From IMG/VR virus record IMGVR_UViG_3300034157_000063: 64,000 bases of DNA; one strand, written 5' to 3'. The DNA comes from a virus (lineage: Duplodnaviria; Heunggongvirae; Uroviricota; Caudoviricetes). A program made the translations under genes and the position numbers. The stretch's first letter is position 1; every line of letters starts with the position of its first letter. Under the pieces are notes generated by a model that was given only the letters and a program-made list of their open reading frames with translations, was not told where the DNA came from and did no database searches. Below, in pieces: positions 47,851-57,105 of the stretch.

Positions 47851-49224
47851 GTGAATTTAAAAATGCTCAACACCTTAAGTGGACAAAAAGAAACCTTCAG
47901 ACCCATTAAATCTGGTGAAGTGAGTATTTATGTCTGTGGTGTTACTTTGTATGATGATATTCATATCGGGCATCTTAAAAGTATTATTTCATTTGAAGTG
48001 ATGAGAAATTACTTCTTGGCAAAAGGCCAGCAAGTTACGCTTGTGCGTAATATCACGGATGTTGATGATAAGATTATTATGAAGGCTGAACAATTAGGCG
48101 TTGACCCACTGGATTTGGTGAATAGCTATATTGATAAGTTCCATGCCGTTTTAGAACAAATGCAAATTCCTATGCCGGATGTTGAACCGCGTGTGACTCA
48201 ATACCTACCAGAAATTTCAGATTACATCGAAGATCTCATTGAAAATGGTACCGCTTATGTGACTGATGATGGTGTTTACTTCGACACTCAACAAAATAAA
48301 CAAGAACGTTATCCGCTCTCGAAAAAGATTGTGCAGGATTTGGATGACAATTCCAGACTGGATGATAAAGCATATAACAAGAAACATAAGGCAGACTTTG
48401 CCTTATGGAAGCTTGATGACAAGTATGGATATCACAGCAATGTGTTTAGTAAGCAGGGCCGTCCCGGTTGGCATATTGAATGTTCTGTTATGCATCATCA
48501 TACATTAGGTCAACATTTTGATATTCATGGGGGTGGTCGTGATCTTATTTTCCCACATCATGAAAATGAAATTTTGCAGAGTGTGGCTCACAATGGTGTC
48601 AATCCTGCGAATTACTGGCTGCATAATGGAATGATGACCAGTGATGGTAAAAAGCTCTCAAAATCGCTAGGAAACTCTATCTATGTAAAAGACATGTTAG
48701 ACAGCTACTCAGGTGAAGCGTTGAAACTGTTCTTGAACAAAGGGCAATACAACCAATCACAAGAATTTAAAGAAGATGAATTACAAGACGCACAAAACCA
48801 CTGGGATAACTTTGTTCGTGATGTTCCAGAGTATCTGTTTGATAATTTAGATGATAATGTTTATTTTGAACAAGCACTCAATGCTTTGGATGATGATTTT
48901 AATACACCACAAGTCATTATTGTGCTTCATGAAGGCTTGAAGAACTTGCGTAGGTCTAAATCCTTGAATGTAGCCGAAGATGTCTTGAAAGTATTCAAAT
49001 TGTTAGCGGTTGTCCCATCGGATGCTACATTAGAAACGGTTTATGAGAAATGGATGACGGAAGCAGCAAAGCCATCTGCAGAGATAGTAGAGCTTGTTCA
49101 TAAACGTCAACAGGCTAAATTAGATAAAAACTATACGTTAGCTGATCAGTATCGCCAACAGGTTCAATCACAAGGTTGGCAAATACTTGATAAAGGTGAT
49201 ACCTTTGAGTTGCGAAAGATTTAA
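47851..49224 (+). CDS. cysS: Cysteine--tRNA ligase
   Basis: YVCGVT.YD..HIGH, RNITDVDDKII, DFALWK, GRPGWHIECS, DIHGGG.DL.FPHHENE, KLSKSLGN and DDDFNTP; GTG start with AAGGAG SD. Confidence 0.96.
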   Translation: MNLKMLNTLSGQKETFRPIKSGEVSIYVCGVTLYDDIHIGHLKSIISFEVMRNYFLAKGQQVTLVRNITDVDDKIIMKAEQLGVDPLDLVNSYIDKFHAVLEQMQIPMPDVEPRVTQYLPEISDYIEDLIENGTAYVTDDGVYFDTQQNKQERYPLSKKIVQDLDDNSRLDDKAYNKKHKADFALWKLDDKYGYHSNVFSKQGRPGWHIECSVMHHHTLGQHFDIHGGGRDLIFPHHENEILQSVAHNGVNPANYWLHNGMMTSDGKKLSKSLGNSIYVKDMLDSYSGEALKLFLNKGQYNQSQEFKEDELQDAQNHWDNFVRDVPEYLFDNLDDNVYFEQALNALDDDFNTPQVIIVLHEGLKNLRRSKSLNVAEDVLKVFKLLAVVPSDATLETVYEKWMTEAAKPSAEIVELVHKRQQAKLDKNYTLADQYRQQVQSQGWQILDKGDTFELRKI

Positions 49225-49263
49225 GTAGAAAAAAGAAAACCTCAGAGATGAGGTTTTTTATTG

Positions 49264-50037
49264 TTAAATGTCTATCATTTTCTTTAATGTCAGTAAATCA
49301 TTTAAATGTACTTTATCTTTTATTAAGTTAGGGTCTAAAATATTGCAACTATCACTTTCAGTTAAATTTAGATAAGATTGTATTGCAGTAAATAATTCAT
49401 GCTCTTTATATAAGCCATTCACAACAGTAAATATATTATTTAATTCAACACCATTACTTGAATAGATAAGATTGTAATTATTGGGTATGATACGGACATT
49501 TTTGTAATTATATGTATTAGTGTGAACCAGCAGTGTTGATGACAAACGCATTTCACCCACCATAATAACATCAGGATCTGACCGAATAAGTGAACGCATT
49601 ATTTTTGCAAACATATTGTTAGGTTCTATGCTGTTTTTATAGGTATAAAATATGTTCTTGTAAAAGGTTGTTGATAGAGTATAACTTTTAGATTTTATAT
49701 CATAGGTTATTTTTACGAAGATGGTTGGATCTTTTACTTTTTCATATGATTGAATTTGATTGTAGATATTAAGGTAACAATTAAACGAGTTTTCAAATTC
49801 TTTTATTATGTTTGAGCAATGATCATTTAAATAGGTATATGATTGATTTAAATCCATTATGAAGTTAATCGTTTCATTATTAGCTGAAATGGTTGGTTGA
49901 GAATCTTCTGTAATCCATAGACCATCTTTAATATTTAGTATTTCTTCGTCTTTATTACTATAAATTGAATGAATTAATTCTATATTAAAATTTTCATGTG
50001 TAACAAGTTTTATAAATTCTTTGATATTATTTATCAT
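49264..50037 (-). CDS. Hypothetical protein containing a secretion-ATPase Walker-B-like segment; ends TLKKMIDI
   Basis: MRSLIRSDPDVIMVGEMR; paralog of 50052..50816. Confidence 0.75.
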   Translation of the reverse strand: MINNIKEFIKLVTHENFNIELIHSIYSNKDEEILNIKDGLWITEDSQPTISANNETINFIMDLNQSYTYLNDHCSNIIKEFENSFNCYLNIYNQIQSYEKVKDPTIFVKITYDIKSKSYTLSTTFYKNIFYTYKNSIEPNNMFAKIMRSLIRSDPDVIMVGEMRLSSTLLVHTNTYNYKNVRIIPNNYNLIYSSNGVELNNIFTVVNGLYKEHELFTAIQSYLNLTESDSCNILDPNLIKDKVHLNDLLTLKKMIDI

Positions 50038-50051
50038 GTATGTTCCTATTT

Positions 50052-50816
50052 TTAAAATTTGATAATTTTGTGTAGTGTCATTAAGTTGTCAAAATGCGTT
50101 TTGTTCTTGATAAGGTTCGGGTCCAAAATATTGCAGTTATCACTTTCTGTTAAATCTAAATAGGATTGAATAGCATTAAATAATTCATTTTCTTTGTAAT
50201 ATCCATCTTCAGCCATAAAACAATGATTGAGTTCTTTTCCTGTGCTTGAATAGATTAAATTGTTATTTGTCATTGGAAATAAGATCATATTTTTTGTATT
50301 CATTAATACTAAACCTTCGTCTGTATCACTTAACTCACCAAAGAAAATAATGTTAGGTGCTCGCCTCATTGCTGCCCGTATTGAAGCCGACCAGACATTC
50401 TTCTTCATAATGTCATCGTGTTTCATGAAAAGTGAATTGTGATAGGCAAACCATATATCATAACTTTGAGTGTGGATATCATACGTTACTTTAATGTATT
50501 TATCCATTGTTGAAATATCTGTTTCTGGTTGGAGTTTGTTGTAAATGTCAATGTAGACCATTAATAGTTCATTAAACTCGTTGACGGCTGTTTGAGAGAC
50601 AGTATTTAAATAGAAGAAAGATTGTTCAAATGTCATTATAAAATTAACAATTTGATCATTGACAGTAATCGTTGGTCGATGGTAGTGATCATTACAGAGG
50701 TTATCATCAATAATAAAGACATTATTATTTTTAATCGTTTTATTGACGGTTATTAAAGCTTTATCTATTTGACCTGATGTAATCCTTTTCATGCACTCTG
50801 TAATAGCTTCAATCAT
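50052..50816 (-). CDS. Paralog of 49264..50037 with RAAMRRAPNIIFFGELSD segment
   Basis: Shared NNLIYSS.G.ELN and YKE.ELF.AIQSYL.LTESD.CNILDPNLIK. Confidence 0.75.
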   Translation of the reverse strand: MIEAITECMKRITSGQIDKALITVNKTIKNNNVFIIDDNLCNDHYHRPTITVNDQIVNFIMTFEQSFFYLNTVSQTAVNEFNELLMVYIDIYNKLQPETDISTMDKYIKVTYDIHTQSYDIWFAYHNSLFMKHDDIMKKNVWSASIRAAMRRAPNIIFFGELSDTDEGLVLMNTKNMILFPMTNNNLIYSSTGKELNHCFMAEDGYYKENELFNAIQSYLDLTESDNCNILDPNLIKNKTHFDNLMTLHKIIKF

Positions 50817-50837
50817 TGCTGACTCTCCTATTTAAAA

Positions 50838-51221
50838 CTACGCTTTTTCAGTCACAACACGCTTACAATAATAAGTCTTCTCATTTCCAGCAGTTTTCTT
50901 AAAACTTATTTTATTTTTATTGAGTTCTTTAACCTTGGCAAACTTTATATTTCCATTGTAAAGATTGTAGGTATTTTCTTTTACCTTACTGGCTTCTGGA
51001 TAGTAGTCTGGGAGTTTTTTACCATTTTCGAAGATGGTTGAGTCTGTTATCTTTAAATTCATGATCACTACTGATTCTTTTTGATGGCAGTTCCAATCAC
51101 CTATGAATGGGTATTCTTCGACCTTGTTTTCTATTAATGCAACGTATAAAACAATTGCAACTATAGAAATACCAATTCCAAGTAATGTAAAAATTCTTTT
51201 ATAATTTATTTTATGATGCAT
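50838..51221 (-). CDS. Membrane-anchored periplasmic protein
   Basis: N-terminal TM; FIGDWNC...YYCKR. Confidence 0.65.
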   Translation of the reverse strand: MHHKINYKRIFTLLGIGISIVAIVLYVALIENKVEEYPFIGDWNCHQKESVVIMNLKITDSTIFENGKKLPDYYPEASKVKENTYNLYNGNIKFAKVKELNKNKISFKKTAGNEKTYYCKRVVTEKA

Positions 51222-51329
51222 TTTAAAAATTCTCCTATTCCAACATTATACTTATTAACAAGAAAACTCAAGCGAAATTAAATAAAAAAACCCTTCGAAA
51301 AGGGCTTTTTTTAATAAATCAACACACCA

Positions 51330-51944
51330 TTAGAAATGGTAGTTCAAACCAAGATACATTGTTTTGTTATTCTTCAATGTGGCTGTTCCTACTTTATCAC
51401 CATCTTCACGGAAATCGACGTTGTTGTTGTTCAGCATGTATTTTAAACCGCCTTCAACTTCGAAGTTCTCAGCAACAGTTTGTAGAACACCTACTTGACC
51501 ACCGTATGTGAGTCCATATGAACGGTTACTGGTGTAACCTGCTGTTGTGTTATTCAAGCTGTTGACACCTGCAGAAAGACCTGCGAATACTCGTGTACCC
51601 ATGTCGTTGACTGGATAGATGTAATCGGCTGAACCGATTAAGTTCTCTTGAGTGAGTTTATTGTGATGAGCTGCACCGGATGTGTAGTCGTAAGTGGCGT
51701 AAAATCTTTTGTCGCCTAAATCTTTACCAGCTCTAATTCCCCAAGTTGTGTCTTGGTTGAACACGTTATTGAAATCAGCATAATCAAGGTTATCTTTTGC
51801 GGCTTGACTACTTGTTACTCTGGACCAAGTTTGACCGACTGTGCCACCAACAAATGTTGATTCGGTTGCACTAGCAACGCCGATTGAACCCATTGAACTG
51901 ATTGCCATAATTGTTGCTGCAAGCACTAATTTCTTCATAATCAT
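51330..51944 (-). CDS. Outer-membrane beta-barrel protein (8-stranded OmpA/Ail-like)
   Basis: Signal peptide; amphipathic strands FVGGTVG, WGIRAG, RFYATYDY, YGGQVGVL and EVEGGLKY; C-terminal YLGLNYHF BAM signal. Confidence 0.85.
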   Translation of the reverse strand: MIMKKLVLAATIMAISSMGSIGVASATESTFVGGTVGQTWSRVTSSQAAKDNLDYADFNNVFNQDTTWGIRAGKDLGDKRFYATYDYTSGAAHHNKLTQENLIGSADYIYPVNDMGTRVFAGLSAGVNSLNNTTAGYTSNRSYGLTYGGQVGVLQTVAENFEVEGGLKYMLNNNNVDFREDGDKVGTATLKNNKTMYLGLNYHF

Positions 51945-52242
51945 TTTCCTCTTAGGTTGATTTCCTACCAGCCTAACACATAAAATATTGAAATCAACAC
52001 GTTACAGCTTGCAAGCTTAGATAGTGAGTGAATATTGACGCTTGCATTTACTTTTAAATAATGAAAAATATATAACCAAAAAGAACTTGAAAATATTTTT
52101 TATGTCTTTTTTATTTACATAACGGCATAAAATTATGTTATTATTGCCTTATTCGGCCTTTTATTTTTTCTAATAATTATCAAACCGTTTGACCTTTTAT
52201 TGATTTTTTAGTATAATCATCTCAATTCTAATGGAGAACATC

Positions 52243-52686
52243 ATGACTGAGACAACTGAATTCTATAGCACTACTCTTCTTAATAGTACAGGTGACATTA
52301 CCTTGACGTGGGAAGACGGTGAAGATGCTGAAATCAAGAAAATGATTCAAGATAAAATTGATGCTGGTTATTGCTTTTTTATCCTTGAACCGCGTGTTGC
52401 GTTTCTTAAAGCTCTAGGTTCTAAAAAGAAGACTATTCGTAATATCTCTGAAATCAAAGGCCGTGAAGTTGTCATGGAAACTGATGCCATTAAAGGTGGT
52501 GCAAAAGCTATTCTGGGTGAAACGTTGAAACTGGGTGACGAAGCGTCTGAAAACCTTTTCAAAGCCGGTCGTATTGGTATTGCTAACGTTCCAGAATCAA
52601 GCTATAATACAGTCGGTAAAGCGAAGACTGCTACCGAAGTTATGAAAAACCACACGATTGCTACTCCACGTATTGTAGCCGGTTAA
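52243..52686 (+). CDS. Hypothetical protein with ubiquitin-like C-terminus (TPRIVAG)
   Basis: GGAG SD; TTGACC..TATAAT promoter; LNSTGDITLTWE near the N-terminus. Confidence 0.7.
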   Translation: MTETTEFYSTTLLNSTGDITLTWEDGEDAEIKKMIQDKIDAGYCFFILEPRVAFLKALGSKKKTIRNISEIKGREVVMETDAIKGGAKAILGETLKLGDEASENLFKAGRIGIANVPESSYNTVGKAKTATEVMKNHTIATPRIVAG

Positions 52687-52697
52687 GAGGAAGTTTT

Positions 52698-54029
52698 ATG
52701 CCCACTATTGCAAGCCCCGACATTCATTATGTTATGGATTCAGCTTTTGAACTCTTGGAGATGACTCCAGATGTTCATAATGCTTCATTTTTTGCTAACT
52801 TGAATCTTAATAACTACTTCGACATGTATGACGTTGGATATTCAACAGAAGGGGCTTGTTCATCTATGATAAACCTTTCAACCATGATGTATGAATGGAT
52901 GGCTGATCAAGATCAATTAACTCAGGGAGTATTGCTTTCAACGAATGTGTATGCCTCGAATATGCAATTCAATGAGTTTGTAGGCAGTGTGACCAATATT
53001 CTTGTTCGTAACTATTTAAACAATAATGGTATCGAAGAAAAAACAAATTCTTTCTATACTATGATGGGTCGTGAGCGTAATGTGGTCAATATTTTGAATG
53101 AATCCGATATTTTGTTCCCAGCCAATATTGCAACGGTGATTATGCAAGAAAATCGCTTGTATGAATATATGGTTAATATCAAAGACCGATTGAAGCTTTC
53201 AATGAATGTCACTGCGACTGCTGATGAGCTTAGAAAACATCATGTGGCTATGCTTACCAAGTCGATTGAAGGCACTAATATGGTTCTCACTGATGGCAAC
53301 CGTATTGTTGATCGTGATGATATTGTAACCAGAGCAGTTGAAAATGAGCGTGTTTCATCGGCAAGAAAAGCAATTAAAAAAGGGGTTAAAAAGTTTGTTA
53401 ACCTTTTTGGTAAGAAAAATATCACTAGTTTTGTGAACGGTGATGGCTTTACAGTGCAAGGTGAAAAATACAACTGGCATTTTCGTCAGAAACGTAGTGT
53501 GTCTTTAATTAATATGACCCACAGTCCATTGAAAGGACATATCCCTTATGAATTATCATTGATGAATAAAGATAATGTCGTGATGGCTGATTGCTGTGTA
53601 TTTGTGGCTGAGAATACACCTATTATTGACCAAATTATTACCATTGTTCTTCATATTCAAAACGATGAAGATCAGTTGTTGGCTCATTGTAATTTGTTTA
53701 ATGTTCGACCTACAATGGATAATGGTATTCTTTATCATAACAGACCCAAAGAAAGCAGTAGCACGTCTGCACAATCGACAGCTCTTGCGATTTCTGAATA
53801 TACCACTGAATTTAACCGTTTGAATGCATTTTACAAACAACATGTTAAGGATTGTGTGGCTGATGTGATTGGCATTGATCGTAAGTTCTTTAATTATCTG
53901 CTTGCTAACAAACGTAGTCCAATAATGGAATCCAACTCATGTCCAACCTATATCAATGCTCAGTCACCTAATCAGATCTCACAATTTTACATTGATGAAT
54001 TTAAAAACACTCAAAATCTTTTGACATAA
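52698..54029 (+). CDS. Hypothetical protein co-transcribed with the 52243 ORF (FTVQG...CCVFV..TPIIDQ...DEDQLL...N domain)
   Basis: GAGGA SD 11 nt after the previous stop. Confidence 0.7.
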   Translation: MPTIASPDIHYVMDSAFELLEMTPDVHNASFFANLNLNNYFDMYDVGYSTEGACSSMINLSTMMYEWMADQDQLTQGVLLSTNVYASNMQFNEFVGSVTNILVRNYLNNNGIEEKTNSFYTMMGRERNVVNILNESDILFPANIATVIMQENRLYEYMVNIKDRLKLSMNVTATADELRKHHVAMLTKSIEGTNMVLTDGNRIVDRDDIVTRAVENERVSSARKAIKKGVKKFVNLFGKKNITSFVNGDGFTVQGEKYNWHFRQKRSVSLINMTHSPLKGHIPYELSLMNKDNVVMADCCVFVAENTPIIDQIITIVLHIQNDEDQLLAHCNLFNVRPTMDNGILYHNRPKESSSTSAQSTALAISEYTTEFNRLNAFYKQHVKDCVADVIGIDRKFFNYLLANKRSPIMESNSCPTYINAQSPNQISQFYIDEFKNTQNLLT

Positions 54030-54096
54030 TTGATTGCACATAGATCCTCTTTTTGCTATAATACTCGCATATTATAAATGAATGAGGATTTTCACA

Positions 54097-54726
54097 ATGG
54101 TATCAAAGACTAATCAAGTTTTGAAAAATGAAGAAGTTCTTACTTTCTTGACTGCCTTATTCCCTAACATCGTTAATCTGAAAGATTTGGGTGATGGCAG
54201 CATTGAAATTGAAACTGATAAATTCTTTACCACCGCTAGCGTTATGTTTATTGATAATAAGTTTATCGTTCAAACCAACCTTCCAGAAAGTTATCGCATT
54301 GACCAAGACAGTAGTATCATTGATTATATTGATGGTTTTGGTTATTTTTATCAATTGTTCAACGTGAACCCATTTCTCTTCAAATTTGATAAAATTCGTA
54401 AAGTCATCTATGAAGAACATAGTAATATGGCAATTGTTAAATTTATGTTTGACACCTCCTTCGGTGTTTCAGCATTCCTTTCATTCTCACCTAAGAAATC
54501 TTACTTGAGTTTGAATGGTGTTGTTATCAACTTGAAGAAACAAGAAGCGATTGATGTTCATTATAACGACATCTTCTCTCGTTTTCTGGCTGAAAAGTCT
54601 GTTTCCGAACTAAAAGTGTCAGGTGTTGAAGCTCATCGTATCAATCAATTTCTTATCGAAGAAGACATTGAACCTTGTAATTTCATTGATGAACACCTTG
54701 AAATTATTAAAATGGTTGACTTTTAA
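54097..54726 (+). CDS. Hypothetical protein with C-terminal MxxF motif (EIIKMVDF)
   Basis: GAGGA SD; TGCTATAAT upstream. Confidence 0.75.
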   Translation: MVSKTNQVLKNEEVLTFLTALFPNIVNLKDLGDGSIEIETDKFFTTASVMFIDNKFIVQTNLPESYRIDQDSSIIDYIDGFGYFYQLFNVNPFLFKFDKIRKVIYEEHSNMAIVKFMFDTSFGVSAFLSFSPKKSYLSLNGVVINLKKQEAIDVHYNDIFSRFLAEKSVSELKVSGVEAHRINQFLIEEDIEPCNFIDEHLEIIKMVDF

Positions 54727-54772
54727 CTTTGTAAAAATATGGTAAAATATACCTAACAATATAAAGAAAAAC

Positions 54773-56266
54773 ATGTCTAAAATAATCATAGTTCATTCAT
54801 TATCCGAATCAAAACTCAGAAAAGCCGTTGAACTTGGTGGAATGCCTCTACCCAGCATCGCGGCTATGAAACCTGATAATGAGTTTACCCGTTTTGGTAA
54901 CATCACCTTCATTCTAAAACCAGAATCTGTTAATCCAAAAGATAAGAAAAATCTATTTTTTGATCGTGATATATTTTCTCAGAGAATTCCAGAACTCTAT
55001 TACGATATAGACAAGAAAGCTCTTAGCAGTCTTCATAAACAATTAGACACTATGGTCGATAACAATAAAAGTCTTGAACCTTTATTTAATTTGTATGATT
55101 TGGATTCATTAAAAAGAAAATCATCTGATTATATTGAAGACCGTTTGAAATCAAGTCCTCTTGTTCGTTTGATGTTTATACAAAAAATGAATCCTTCTTA
55201 TGAACTTCCTACTAAGGTTGATAAATTGCAATCTGATCTTTCATCTGATCTTATTTTTCAAGACTATATGAAAAAAAGAATACACACACTTCAACATGAT
55301 GATGACTTCAAGTCAGCCCTACATGCTGTCTTAGAAAGAAGACATGCTTACTACAAAGACACTATTGGTTTGACAATTGCTGATGATATTATGGCTGATT
55401 ATAAGAAAGCTATCTTTAATCAACATGGCGATATTAATAGTTATTCAAGTGATCTTGAAAAAATTGTGAATGATGTTAAGCGTTATTCTGGTGTCTCTAA
55501 AATATTAGATATTGAGAAGGCTAGGGATGAATTAAGCAAGTTTGCTGATAGTCATACTGCTGATTACAGTGAATTCTTTTCTGACCTTACGCAAGATATC
55601 TTTGTTAAGCCGCATTTGAGAAATGGCACCCGAAAAGTTGAATATAACTTAGATACGATTTCTAAGTATATGTTAAGACAGCAAGTAACCGGAGCAGAAG
55701 ATGTTAATGATACCAGTATTGGTAAAATATCTTCCAGTTACTCCACACAATTTACTTCTTATGATGACATGATTAGCTATGTTGATAAATTAGACACAAT
55801 GGAAGACCGTCACAATCAAACAGATGCTCTTAATAAGAGAATTTTCGATTTGGCTGAAAAAATACAGCCACACTCCCCTTATTCAAGATTTTTTGATGTT
55901 CAAGAATATTTATCTTTGGCATTAACACGAGTCTCAACTTTAGAACAGTTTTCTACAAAATTATCTAAACAAGGTTTTGATGTTACTGCTATACCACAAG
56001 ATGTCATTAATGAAGGTTTTGACATCTGTCATGGGATTAAAAATCTAAGCAGTCATTATTTTGAAGGAAAGCCACAAAAAGTTATCTATTTTGATGACTT
56101 CCAAGCGGTAGCACTACCAAAGAATACTGCACCAGACATTATCAAAGCTCTTGATGGTAAAGTGAATATCCACTTCTATGAAACACAAGAAGAAAAGAAA
56201 GCAATATTCTCAAAATACTCATTTGATTCAGCACCTAAAAAACTCAATAAGTTAAAAAACTTTTGA
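54773..56266 (+). CDS. Protein resembling a domain of large polyvalent proteins of phages/conjugative elements; basic tail
   Basis: VHSLSESKLRKAVELGGMPLPSIA...FGNI and YFEGKPQ...F.AVALP motifs (recalled pattern, not searched); ends KKLNKLKNF. Confidence 0.5.
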   Translation: MSKIIIVHSLSESKLRKAVELGGMPLPSIAAMKPDNEFTRFGNITFILKPESVNPKDKKNLFFDRDIFSQRIPELYYDIDKKALSSLHKQLDTMVDNNKSLEPLFNLYDLDSLKRKSSDYIEDRLKSSPLVRLMFIQKMNPSYELPTKVDKLQSDLSSDLIFQDYMKKRIHTLQHDDDFKSALHAVLERRHAYYKDTIGLTIADDIMADYKKAIFNQHGDINSYSSDLEKIVNDVKRYSGVSKILDIEKARDELSKFADSHTADYSEFFSDLTQDIFVKPHLRNGTRKVEYNLDTISKYMLRQQVTGAEDVNDTSIGKISSSYSTQFTSYDDMISYVDKLDTMEDRHNQTDALNKRIFDLAEKIQPHSPYSRFFDVQEYLSLALTRVSTLEQFSTKLSKQGFDVTAIPQDVINEGFDICHGIKNLSSHYFEGKPQKVIYFDDFQAVALPKNTAPDIIKALDGKVNIHFYETQEEKKAIFSKYSFDSAPKKLNKLKNF

Positions 56267-56274
56267 TATAGGTG

Positions 56275-56303
56275 TTGACATCCATCCATTCCTATAATAA
56301 AAT
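56275..56303 (+). promoter_or_regulatory. tRNA cluster promoter P1
   Basis: TTGACA-17 nt-TAAAAT. Confidence 0.7.
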
Positions 56304-56372
56304 AGCGTCATATTCAAAAAGACGCAACACTTTGAATACAAAGCTTAAAACCAAATAAAAATAAAAAACTTG

Positions 56373-56401
56373 TTGACACCGAAAGGTTTTTTAGGTAAGA
56401 T
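56373..56401 (+). promoter_or_regulatory. tRNA cluster promoter P2 with A-tract UP-like element
   Basis: TTGACA-17 nt-TAAGAT preceded by A tracts. Confidence 0.7.
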
Positions 56402-56432
56402 AAGCGAATGAAAACAACGAAGTAAAAAATAT

Positions 56433-56509
56433 GTCTGCGTAGCTCAGTTGGATAGAGCATCCGCCTTCTAAGCGGATGGTCGTTGGTTCGAATCCAACCG
56501 TAGACACCA
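56433..56509 (+). tRNA. tRNA-Arg(UCU)
   Basis: Cloverleaf; anticodon arm TCCGC-CTTCTAA-GCGGA; TTCGAAT T-loop; encoded CCA. Confidence 0.95.
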
Positions 56510-56528
56510 AATTTAGGAGTAACCTTTA

Positions 56529-56930
56529 ATGCTATATGAAGAACACATTGTTCTAATTAACAAAGGTAAATCATTGTCAGTTGGTGATGATGTGAAAGTT
56601 TTGATTGATTATTCGTTATGTTCTGGTAAAGTTTCTAAGGTGAATCCGAAAGGTGTTAAAGTTTTTATCATGGATGCTTTGGGTTGTATTGTTTATGAAT
56701 CTAATTTTAAATACGAGAAAGTTATTAAATTAGGTACAAAGGGTGTTCTTGTTTGGGAAGCATGGAAAGGTAGAAATGGTCGTGGTGGCTATCGGTTTGA
56801 TACTGTCATGTATCCAGAGTTGGCAGGAAATGTTGAAGATATTCGTGGTAATACTTATTTGTATGAAACTTCGTTTGGGTTTGTTGGTCAGCGTGAGCAA
56901 CAAATGTATGCTGATAAATTTGTAAAATAG
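56529..56930 (+). CDS. Hypothetical protein within the tRNA cluster
   Basis: AGGAG SD right after tRNA-Arg. Confidence 0.7.
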   Translation: MLYEEHIVLINKGKSLSVGDDVKVLIDYSLCSGKVSKVNPKGVKVFIMDALGCIVYESNFKYEKVIKLGTKGVLVWEAWKGRNGRGGYRFDTVMYPELAGNVEDIRGNTYLYETSFGFVGQREQQMYADKFVK

Positions 56931-56941
56931 TGGTTATTTAA

Positions 56942-57018
56942 GGGACTTTAGCTCAGTTGGTTAGAGCGTCCGACTCATAATCGGCAGGTCGTAGGTTCAA
57001 GTCCTACAAGTCCCACCA
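56942..57018 (+). tRNA. tRNA(CAU), probably Ile2 (lysidine), copy 1
   Basis: GGGACTT/AAGTCCC acceptor; CCGA-CTCATAA-TCGG; TTCAAGT T-loop resembles bacterial Ile2; CCA. Confidence 0.9.
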
Positions 57019-57105
57019 AATTTAGAAATAAATTAAATAAAAGCTTGATTAGTGTCAGATGTTAATGTATAATTACTCAACACAAACAAGCAGTAAAGAT
57101 TAAAT

